Origin: Blasia pusilla
Taxonomy: Eukaryota
DNA length: 64,000 bases
Assembly: GCA_050084515.1 (NCBI GenBank)
Contig: CM114271.1
Location: 18,166,001 to 18,230,000 of the forward strand
Direction: 5' to 3'
Position numbers and translations under genes: made by a program. Positions 13,000-23,914 of the stretch are shown here, one piece after another. Every line of letters begins with the position of its first letter. The first letter of the stretch is position 1. The notes below the pieces were generated by a model. The model was not told where the DNA came from. It did no database searches and worked only from the letters and a program-made list of their open reading frames with translations.

Positions 13000-15166
13000 C
13001 CTCTGTGGGTCCAACTCACAAGAGCACCACGTGGCTCGACGCTTTCGAGTGGCTCCTCTCGTGAATCGCAGCCGATGCCTCAACTTTTGTCTTTGCACTC
13101 GCCATATAAGAGAGATCATCCCCTCCATAAGAGGTGGAAGCCCCCTGCTCCCGAACACGATCTATCTTTGGATACCGACCATAGTAGCCAGCTTATGCTC
13201 CTACTGCTCAATCCTGGCAGCCATAGCTGACTCTGTCGTAGTGGTAGGGGTAGCCACCGTAGGCTCTCCAACCACTGGTCCACCTCTACCACCCCTACCA
13301 CCTCTACCACCTCGGCCTCTCGGAGCTACTCCACCACGGCCGCGGCCTGATCTCAACTATGGATGAAGATCAAAGCAACGCTCTTGAGGATGACCTGGTC
13401 TCCCGCAATGATCACACTGAGTTGGGGCCGACTGAGGCCCATCCTTCAAATTCCGTCTCCCATCCTCTTGGGAACAAAACTTCCTAACATGATCACCTCC
13501 ACATGTCCAACATGACTGTCCTTGCTGCGGGGCAGCAAATGAAGGCAATGGTCTCTACGCAAGTGTCTCTTTAGGACCGGACTGAGGTCGTGTGTACCCC
13601 CCACGACTCCCACTACTACTACCACCACCACTACTATGATACTGTGAGGTGGGCTGCTGAACACGAGAAGTAGTAGTTGTATCCCTACTAAATGCGGATG
13701 TCACCACTCCCTCCTTCACCATGTTAAGCTCAATCTTCTCAGATAGAGCAAACACATGGATCAATGTGGATGAATCATCACTCATAAGAGTAGCATCACG
13801 TACCCTGAGACGCAACTCTCTGTCCAAGATCCCATACCAAAACTAGAGTGCCTGAGCCTCAGTCACACCCTAGGTAACTGAAATCAAGCGTCGCATACGA
13901 GTTTATGCCTCACGAAGACTCTCACCAGTCTTTCGCTCAAACTCTTGAAGACTCCTCAACTTCTCTTTGTCTTCACTCCTTGATAGTTCTTCTTCAACCT
14001 CTTGAAGAACTCTGCAACCGGGCTAAACAATGGTGGGGCACTAGTACCTCCACTAGTACCCCCACTGGTACCTCCATGGGTACCTCCACTGGTACTCCCA
14101 CTCCAGATCGTACTCGTACCACTCAACGTCGGGCTGGCTGGCATAGTAGGAGCACTACTACCAATACCACCATGGGTGATAGACACATAGCGTGGAGACC
14201 AATATTGTCTCCACGCCTCAATCTCAGCAACATGGTCCTTCCTAAACTCATGGTAATCATCCATGTGTGGTCCCTCAAAGTGCTGAAACAACCCCTTCCA
14301 AGCCAAGAAGGGTGTAAACAACGTGGCGTTCCGCAACATCTGCATATCACACCACGTATCAAACTCTTGCATGAAGTCCTCCAACTCAATGGTGCCCACT
14401 GCACCCGAGTACCGTCGTGTGCCCTTCATGGCCCCATATATCCTATCCATGTCCCAAATCAATGGAGCTGCAACACTCGATAACAACGTAGAAGACTCGG
14501 TGTTTGGAACACCCTCGTCCTCCTCTTCATCAACCGTCGGAAGTGGAAAAGGTAGCCGGTACCTAAATCCACTCCGTGTGAAACCACCACTGTCCGCACC
14601 ACGGTCCCCAACCAGACCACCAAACAGCTCCGTGATGACCAACGTCGATGCCGCCCCACCACCAAATTACCACCTCTAAGTAACCAAGTGACGTCGATGT
14701 CGCTGTACTATTCTAGCTCTACTGGCTATGGGTGTAGGCAACCTAACCTGTCATCACCACAAGAAGCCTCCCACGGTCTACTGGTCATCACTCCAGCCTC
14801 ACTACCGGTAGCACACAGGAGTAACACTACTCTGGAAATCAGCGTCAACCCTAACAATGGGCGCGCAAGCAAGAAGCAACGATGGAGGGGATCCAAACAC
14901 AGGAAGTCCAACGAAAATCCTCCAATCGCAAATGGAAATCAACGTAACATAATCCACCAAACGTGGCGCCCCCTGAATCCACAAAACCCACCACACAATT
15001 CTAACGCAATAGCTACTCCGCCGCGGGTCGATGACGTGCTAGTCGAACTTGCAGCACTTGAAAATATCATCTGCATGGAGAGGCTACACCGTACTATGCG
15101 CAAGAGGTCCATCAACCAAAAACCTGAGATGCATAAAGTGCCTAACACCTCTCCGAACAGCACCAA
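13000..15166 (-). pseudogene. Gypsy gag (frameshifted), with capsid-like region, two CCHC zinc knuckles and an RGG tract
   Basis: ORF fragments 13956-14642 (ELEDFMQEFDTWCDMQ..), 13555-13827 (LDRELRLRVRDA..FALSEKIELN) and 13357-13548 (two knuckles), followed by GRGRGGVAPRGRGGRGGRGG. Boundaries are approximate. Confidence 0.75.
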
Positions 15167-16197
15167 ATGAGCTACAACAGTGTGTACACTGGCAAAGTTA
15201 AGAACTCAGCAGTTAAGCGTCTTCCAGGCAGAATAGCCCAAAGATGGGTGACCGGTTATGCAACACTCAAATCACAAATCCTGCAAAAAATTCCTCACGC
15301 CCAAGCAAGCAAGCTTGCTTGCTTGCTCCTTGCTCCTTACTCCGCCTCTCACGCCCACTCGCCCCGAGCTACCACGAGTTGCCTTGAAGCCTCAAAACGC
15401 CGAGAAATGCTCGAGACATGCCCCGTTCGCCACGCTTCGCCATGCTTTGCCATGCTTTGCTATGGAGAGAGAGGCCCAACTAGGGCGCCCCCAACGGGAT
15501 AGGCGTCTCCAACAATGAACAAGTCACCAACCAACCAGCCCCTCCGATCCGCTGTCCACCATAGCCAGACCTTGAGCTAGTCCGCAAAATTTCGATCAGC
15601 AATTACTCCACAAATCCTTGACCAAAATTGAATCTGTTTCAACCAGAATTGAATTGACCACCATAGCTATCTCTCCACAAAAAATCAGCTACAACCAAAC
15701 TCTGTATTCAGAGCTAAAATCAGACAAACTTGCTGTCCATACACCTCCAGAATCGCAAATCCGACAGCGCTTCCGCCCAGTTTCATGCACACAGAAATCC
15801 GCAACGCTTCACACACTCGAGCAGATAGCTTCACATGAGATCAAAATACAAGTAGCAACATGAACCTCTCACCCGATCTAGATGAACTTCAACAGAGCTT
15901 CCGCACTCCAAGCTCTCCACATCAAAAAACCGTCGAACACGAATCAGAATCTTCAATCCTTGATAACTTCCAACTCCCTTGACGAAATCCGGCGATCTAA
16001 AGCACGTTGCAAAGCTCTCAACAAGGCGCTTCTTTCCCAACCAACCACGCACCAGATCGACACCTCCAACATAGGCCACAAGCCATGAACATCCACGGCC
16101 GAGTACACAATCAGCCCTAACAAGATCCTACTGATCCACAATCGAAGCTACCATCGATCTACTCCAGTTCTTTGAGTGAAATCCGTGAAAGACCTAC

Positions 16198-16544
16198 TGT
16201 CATAAAACACATATAGAATCACATACAATCGAGCCAAACCCACTCCACGATGGGAGAATCTAGGTCGAAGCTTGCGGGAAACAGCCTAGCCAAGAGCTCT
16301 ACTCACTACCAAGGCTAACTCCCAACGCAACAGGCTCAAATCAAAGAACTGACTGTTCTTTGAGTGCACTCCACCTTATATCCTCCAACCTAAGAGCGGG
16401 CCCTATTGGAGAAGCCACCCTCAACTGAGTAACCCCCAAACCTATGTATGAAATCGCATCTCTACCTAGACACTGCGGCCCTACATAAGGTATGGCCTCT
16501 ACTAGCACACTATACTCTACGACATAATCCATATGGTCATGACA
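16198..16544 (-). repeat. 5' LTR (about 347 bp) of the methyltransferase-bearing Gypsy element
   Basis: On the minus strand it begins TGTCATGA and ends TTATGACA (TG...CA with 6-bp terminal inverted repeats). It has an internal TATAAG near 16380-16375 and lies directly upstream of the gag leader. Confidence 0.7.
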
Positions 16545-17350
16545 CATGCCCTATACATGGTTGATATCTACAACCACATGGTGAGACAATTTATTATCAA
16601 GGACTAGATCTTTGGTTGAGTAATGGGATGCATTCATGTAATGGTGTTTCAAAAAAGAACTACAAAGATGACACCACAAGTGTTTTTCCTATGGGATGTT
16701 CATACCAGTATATCTATCTTCATGTTAATTTTATTGCGAATTAGTAAAAAAATATTATTTATCTAATAGATTTTTTCAATGACTATTTGCCTTTAGGATT
16801 GTCTCCACATGGTTTCTCTATGAACATCGATCCTTAACTTATACTTTAAAAAATAAGAAAGGGTCAAAAGACAAGCAAATGGGACACTAATACAGTATTG
16901 GTGGTTTCTAGGTTTACGCAACATCACACACACGAATAAATAATTTTAAAGAGAATATTGGGGATGAATTTTTCATTCCATGGATCCCATTGATTTCATC
17001 GACTTGGGTTTTCTTTTAATTCATTGAAAATATAAATTTCCTTTTTTCTTGTTTTTGGATCATTATTAATAAATCTCAAATTCAAATTAGTAAAGAAATT
17101 GGTATGTGCAAAGGGTTCATTTTTTTTTTCATAATAATGATATTAGACGTTCTATGGGGCAGGTACTATAAGTCCAATCTATACGATTCTTTGAAAAGAA
17201 ATCCGTGAGAAATCTTTTCAAAAATTTTATAAACTCTACACCATTGCCCATAATGCACCCTTTCGCCTTGCACTAGATGTATCACACGGAATTATTATTT
17301 GTATTTTAAAAATAAAATATTAATTAAAAAATTTATACGAAATAACTTAC

Positions 17351-17520
17351 ATTATATGTAGAAAAAAGATGGGGAAACCCATCACATTACAAAAGTGGGG
17401 ACATAAAAAATAAAAATATGGACCTCAAGAGGTCAAAACCGGAGGAGAAAGAAGGAAGCCTCCCCTAACGATCAAAATCACCATCAGCATAAACAATATC
17501 AATAACACCCGAGAGAGGGA
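17351..17520 (-). mobile_element. Short 3'-end fragment related to the CRE-like element at 23.9-27.1 kb
   Basis: tatatgtagaaaaaagatggggaaacccatcac..acaaaag..gacctcaagagg aligns by eye with tatatgtagaaaaaggatgggaaacccatcac..acaaaag..gacctcgagagg at about 23922-24004. Confidence 0.6.
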
Positions 17521-17632
17521 TCACCGCGACGTTATCATGTTACCGCCCCTGCAACTAACCACGTCGCCCCCGTCTCGAAATCCGCGCCTCTCAAGGGCCT
17601 GGAGTCTGCAGAAAGAAGCCCCGTGCACTAAG

Positions 17633-17790
17633 CGGGTTTCCGGGAGTTTCCCGGCGGGATCCGATACCTTGCCGGGAATTTCAAATCGGGAACAGTAGTC
17701 CCGGTTTGCAGGTACGTTATACAAAGAGTTCTTTGTATAATGTATCTGAATAAATAACCGGTAACCGGCCAGATTTTCTCGAAACCGCGG
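17633..17790 (-). repeat. Dispersed MITE-like repeat family, diverged copy
   Basis: The reverse strand reads aaaccgggactactgttcccgatttgaaattcccggc..gaaactcccggaaaccc, resembling the family end. Confidence 0.4.
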
Positions 17791-19856
17791 AATCCGGATG
17801 CCCCCGAACGTTGGCACGAAGTGTTCTAGTTGAAGCCTTAAGTCCGAACCCTTCAGTTCGGACTCCGGAGTCGGGACTCGGGAGATGGGCCGAGTAATGA
17901 TTCCCCCGTGTCTTGTGAGGGGACCATTTACCATTAATGACGCGCAGTTCTCTGCAAAAGAGGAACGGAAGTTACGGAACGGAGGGGAACCGGGCCCCGG
18001 GACTAGGGGCCCGAGGGTCTGTTATGAGAATCAAGGGTCAAAGTGGGCCACGTTTTATTAATTATTAATTACCTTCTAGATCGTCTTGACGAGGCACCGG
18101 CGTTAGACCATGAGATCGAGGTTGCCGGCTGCCGGACGATACGGTGCGGAGTTGGGAATGTAAATTGCAAGTGCGAGGCGACGCGGGTCCGATAGCGGGA
18201 GGGACGAGCCCGGGCCCGAATGTATTCCGGGTGGCGCCACAAGTAATTCTATCCACATTCCTGGTCCAAAAGAAAACATTATATCGTCACGGGGAGCCGT
18301 GCGTTTCGGGTCATGGTTAGAAAGACGCCTCTCGCCGTTCATCGACCTTGGGCTTGACTGCCTGGTGAAGGGTCATTGTTTGGTAACCAGTGGAAGCTTG
18401 ACACAAATCTGGAAAATCAGACTGCTTCCTATTTAAACCGGTTGTCTTTTGACCAAATTTCGTTCCTCGGCTAGGGAGGTGCGAGCTCCGAAGGAGTTCT
18501 TTCTCAAACAACGGCCTGAGCCTTAATGCGGATCTCAGCATCCTGTGAGGATGTCGTTCACTTTCTTAGAAATTTCACCACGCATGAGAAATTGAGTGAG
18601 GCGTATCAAGCTTAATTTCATATAAAATACCAAATCACTAGTCTTATAAATAGTCCAATCAGTCAAAGATGCACAAGTGTCAACTTCTGTGCGGGATAAC
18701 GATCTTGTTGTCGTCGGATGAAGGTTGCCCTAAGCGATGGTGGCCATCGTGGTCGAACCCCACTCATCATCAATGCTCGTCCCAGCTCCGTAAGACACCT
18801 TAATTCCAGGATAAGGATACCACATGTGGAGATCACGAGCTACTTTCGGAAAGTAAACAACGTACTTGTTCAACATCGGTCAGAATCGCTAGTCACCGTC
18901 AGTTCGCCAGAAACATGCCCGTTTACTGATCCCCGTGTACAGGCAGGACCTTTGGGGGCAGTCCACGCAGCCCAGGGTCTCATTGAAGGCATCCATTTGC
19001 ACAAAGCTGACGAGAGGAAACACACTTGAGCAGCATAAATTCTCTAGTAGCCCCAAATGCTTACTTATCCAGGAAGCGCGTTGCTCTGACTTCCAGACTT
19101 GATTCTTCCTATCCAGGCTAGGTGGCTAGATAAAAAGCTGAACAAGGGGCCCCAAGTCTGAAGAAACATTTGATATACCTTCCCAACCTCCAAGCACCGC
19201 TTCGCTTAATGCAAAGAAGAAGTAAGACAAGCTAAAATTTCTCAATGCCAACAGGCATATAGTGCGTATATACAACTAGCCGATGTCCCTGGACATTACA
19301 GCCTACCACTGAAATATGTCTATTGCCCTCAATGATCTAACTATCAGTCAATATTCCACCTTTATCAACATATAAATATGCCTGTCCATCAGAGTGACTG
19401 CCCCACAGTGCCAGAGCAATTCGTTCTCGAGTAAGAAATACAGTTCATATCTCAAAGGTTGTAGCTCACGTAGTTCATGTGCTCTACTTACAGCTGTGTC
19501 ATCGTCTGTGGAGAAGACTAGCATATCTGAACAGAGTTAACGTCTCATGAGATGCCTCTACACTCTTCCCTGGGGATTTACTGCCCTGGAATCAGCGTAT
19601 GTGAAACCCTCAGGTCTGATGAGACCTCCACATCCAACGGCTTTGTTGGCTGTTTGCTGCTGAGGCTTGGATAGGAGACCAAGCAACTGAAACTGAATGC
19701 AAATCTCGGAAAGTACATAATTGTGTTCATCCCGGTAAAATTCCAAAAAGTTAACTCTGCTTCAAGGCTGGAATTCAGCCACTCATGGAAATCTAACACA
19801 ATGGTACAAGAGAGTAAAGTGAACTCCAAATTCTCACCTCGTGTGCAAGCTTCACA

Positions 19857-22800
19857 TTAATGTTTCTGCTCTAGGCTTTCATAGAACAAGATGTAACCAT
19901 GATCTGTATTGTTTGAGTATTCTTGCGTAGAACCAAAAAAGGTCTGCACAACCGATTCATCGATAATCTCCACATTTTCATCATCAAAGAAAAGCCAGTG
20001 ACTGTGGCTCTTAACTAGACTGACGTAGTGACCATGATTAGGCCCACTTCCAACATGAACCACGACAGCAAACAATGAGTACTCTGCTTCAGACCCGGGT
20101 GCGTCATCCGTTGTATTGCAGAGTTTAAGCTCCAGTGGGAACACAACTCGATATGAGAGTTTCTTGTACCTTCCCAGTTGCTCAATGAACTTAAATCGCT
20201 TTAGGTGAAGAGCAAGTATTCGAGGAGGGGACTTAATCTTCATTCTTTTCTGTGCCTCTTGCAAACTGCATGACATTGAAACTGACAATTCAGCGGATTG
20301 TAAACCAGAAAATTTTCATGGTTCAAACTTGTACTGTCATCAATGTTAGTAACTATTCTCGCCATGAAACCTAAAATCTCCAACACCATATTTTCTTGAT
20401 ATTTACTTCAGTCCTATCCTGTTGTGTCTATTTCTTTCATTGACTATGGAGAGATGTAAATATTAAGAGCAGCGGGGAAATGTTGGATGGCTTCTTCTCT
20501 AGTCCATCACCCTAAAAACTGGCTTTAGGACCGAAGGAAGAAATCTTACCTGCAGCACTTGTCGCAGAAAAATTTGTCCTCGGCATTCAATGTTTCTGTG
20601 GAACTGAAGTTTCGGAGACAACTCGTGATGGAACTGTTCTGCTCAATATCCAGACTGAGGTCCAAAAACGTCTCATCTCGTGCAGTTATGGTTTCACACC
20701 TGAGACACCTTGTTTCATTTGTCAACGTACCCTGGAAATAGTTTCGAACATTAGTGAAGAGGCGGATGTGTAAACTCTAGTCGCAAATTCCCCCAAAACA
20801 AGGCCCTTTCGTGTGCGATGAGAAACAACATGCAAATATATGAACACGTTTGTCAGCACAGGTCAGAAATTTAAGATATCCACGTAACACCTCTTGCATA
20901 AGGTCCAGGGGAGTGGGTGGATATTGTGGTAGACATGGCAAGGGCTATATTTTTGCAGCTAAACATTCATCTACAGAAGTACAGTTTGAAATAGAGATCT
21001 ACTAGTACTTGAGGCATGTGTCGGAGTCTGAAGGGAAACCTGAAAGATCTTGTGCACCCATGTAACCACATTGTGATAATGATTTCCATTTGATGTCCCA
21101 TTGGCAGTGCCATTCGCCAACCTGTCAGGGTGGGCTTGGTGGCCTGACGTTGGTTTAGAAGATGCCTTGGCTTCTTTCTCCAAAATGTCCACGAGTTCAT
21201 TTAGGAGAAAGTTCAAAAATTCATGGGCGTCCTGCAAAAACAAATCCTACTTAAGGCAACTATACAGTAGATGCCCTCCCTTCAAAAGTCTCCTAGTTCT
21301 GGTGGTTGTATGACAGCATAAAGAAACAGACAGGAAATACAAATCCATTCCTGGCTCACAAGGCGGTCTTCCTCATAAAGAAACACTGACAGGAAGTACA
21401 AAATCTATTCCTGAATCACAAGCAGGTCTTCCACATAATTCAGAGTAGCTACCAGCTTTGCAATATCATGGATATTCCGGACATAAAAGCCCAACTTCAA
21501 TAGCCTCACACACATGAGAAAAAACATGAAGCATCCATACCTGATGCATATAGCTCCGGAAGAGTTCATTCTGCTTCTTCACTCTTTGAACAAAACGCTT
21601 AGGAGCTATAACTCCGGTCTTTTTCTTCTGGGAGTTAATCTGCACAGCAAAGCATCATCCATCTGAATTTAAAAAATCAAGCAGTGGTGGTCCCAGACAG
21701 TGAAATCACAGTAGGGATGCACAAAAACGTGGACATAAGAAAACAGTATGGTGAAGACACCAGGTTTTTTTGGTTCCAAAAGTGGGTTAGTTTAGTGAAG
21801 TGACAAGGAAGAGATTACCCACCTGAGTAAACAGTTCCGACAAGCATGTGAGGAGATTTTCCTCCGTTTCGCCTGAGCCCTTGCTGCGGCTTGCATGCTC
21901 CAGCAGTTGATCCCTGAACGGGACACAGAAGTATAGAGCCTGTAGCAATCCCAAAACTGTAGTCAGATGTCACTAATCGAAGCTATCCGGTGGGAATACA
22001 TCCCTTTAAGTGTCCACAAACTAGTACAGAGCATCAACCAGGTGTGAAAAGAAGTGAAGATGACTAGTAATTGGTAAGGAAAACGATGACAATGCACTGA
22101 ATCTGCCCTCCCTGATCATTTCATTCGTGGCAGCTTCTTTTTGGGCAGGATGGTCTAAAATGCCTCAAAATCTCAACTTGCGACGATACTTTTCCGAAAG
22201 CCTAGCAGGAATATCTAGGTTCAGGAAGGAACCAAACAGGCTTGCCGATGGTTTACGTGGAGTGAAGGACCATTCTGAACGCTGAACAACAAAAAGAAAA
22301 CCATTGCCGCAGAGATAATAGGGCAACCCGGAAGCAAAAAATACAGCGCTATCCCTTAAATACAACGAAAGCTAATACAAAAGACTGACGAGAACTCAGC
22401 ATTTTTTCAATAATTGGCCTTGTTTGACCTAATAACCTAAGCGTGATACCCTCGACGACTACGAAGAAGAAATTTACACCGTTTCTATCTCTGGTTATGA
22501 CTTGATTAAGTAGCACACACTGCGTGCTGGACATTGGCAGTGCGCTGACCTCCCCAGCATGAGATAGTAAACGTCTACGAGGACGTCCGTAGTTACAGTG
22601 CATAGATTACAAAAAAACTAACTCAATTCTGACCAGAGCGTACTTCTTCTATTTTTCATATTCATGGCACAAATTGGCGGAGGTTTCAATGATCTATGAA
22701 AACAGCCACTTAATTTGCATTCTCCCGTTTCTTGACGTAACAGAGCGGTACTAGGATCCGAAAGGGTTGCAACCTGGCGGGTGACGCCGTGATGGGTTGT

Positions 22801-23276
22801 TCGACTAATCTACACAGAATAAAACATCATCTCTTATTTTCTCTACGACGCCCTAAAGATATACCCTGAATTCGCGCCTGCGCCTCCGAATTTCTGTACT
22901 ACTGGATGCTGGGCCACCGATCTCCCCGTATCGACCTACATGTAAGCGAAATTTCGTCCAGAATCTGAACACACGCTCGACATAGACCTCCAGCCTGAAA
23001 TCATTCTCTCGCAAATAAGAGTCGGATCCAACATTTCCTCTCACAAGAAGAGAACCGCGCAAAAGTCAGAAGTATCAACACCCATTTCTTCGTGCCACCC
23101 CTTGAATGAAACAGCCTAGGTATACAAGGCTTGTCAGAGAATGTCTGCCGTACCTGCAGCACACTATTGCAGTAACAGGTGTTCCCAAAGTTCTCTAATC
23201 CAAAGTACCGCTCTCCTTCGGGAAATTGATCCCCTAGCGCCTTTTCCAGCTTTGATCCTGAACTTCCCATTACCAT
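19857..23276 (-). CDS. UBP3: Ubiquitin-specific protease UBP3/UBP4-like (USP12/46 family); exons 23276-23154, 21939-21823, 21639-21541, 21231-21040, 20731-20550, 20265-19857
   Basis: N-terminus [41 protein letters not shown] (Cys box), [15 protein letters not shown], and His box [26 protein letters not shown]. All five introns are GT-AG with consistent phases. Confidence 0.95.
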
Positions 23277-23484
23277 GCGTCTCTCTCCTCCCTCTGTCTA
23301 ACTCCCCGGATTTCAACAAGTACACGGAGCCCGCAGTGTGCACCCTAGACCTACTCCTCGCCACCACGGCACTGCAAGGGCAAGAGATGCGGATCGCGGT
23401 GTGTGATCATATCTCCAGTTTCATCCTTTCCTTCGCCACCGTGACTGAATTTTTTTCCAAGATCGATCCTTACCGAAACTAGAT

Positions 23485-23641
23485 TCACTCACATCTCTCT
23501 CCCTCTCTACGTCTTCCCTCCCTACTCTTCCTCCTCCTCCTACTGCCCTTTTTTTTTCCACCCCCACTCAAATCAAATGCTCCCTCCTGTTCCAAAGCAG
23601 TCACCACTCCGCTCCCCCTCTCCCTCCATCCATCGAAATCC

Positions 23642-23672
<31 letters not shown>

Positions 23673-23750
23673 TCCTCCCTCTCTCCGTCCTCTTCCACCT
23701 CCCTGTATGTGTTCCTCTCTCTCGCTCTCTCTCACTCTGTGTCTCACTCA
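23485..23750. repeat. CT/GA-rich microsatellite tract in the UBP 5' leader/promoter
   Basis: (CT)n runs at about 23640-23745, immediately upstream of the minus-strand UBP start. Confidence 0.7.
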
Positions 23751-23914
23751 GCAAGCAAATGTTGCTTCCCCGCTGCCGTGCAGAGAGAAGGTCGACTAGT
23801 CGCGGATGTTTCTCCGGATACTGCTGATTACGCTGCTCATGATCTTGTTCTCGTCTGTCCGTCCGTTAGTCCCGCCGCTGCCGACGCTCCGGACTCGGTT
23901 GTCGAAGAAAGAAT

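Larger units (their letters stand above)
10272..16544 (-). mobile_element. Degenerate Ty3/Gypsy LTR retrotransposon: 5' LTR, gag, protease, DNMT3-like cytosine methyltransferase, start of RT (truncated)
   Basis: LTR at 16544-16198. Gag has two zinc knuckles (CWTCGGDHVRKFC, CDHCGRPGHPQERC) and an RGG tract. Aspartic protease LLDSGAQPLML near 12480. C5-MTase motifs at 11745-10790. RT N-terminus CFAFSMKELG..IRIDLASDTLIFRRPYRYSDMERDLI at 10440-10290. Multiple stops and frameshifts. Confidence 0.9.

Noticed and set aside
8540-17276. Large Helitron enclosing the DNMT Gypsy element (ATCTATATTATG near 8540, CTAG near 17272)
   Set aside because: The 3' hairpin is weak and CTAG is followed by A, not T. 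Support is insufficient.
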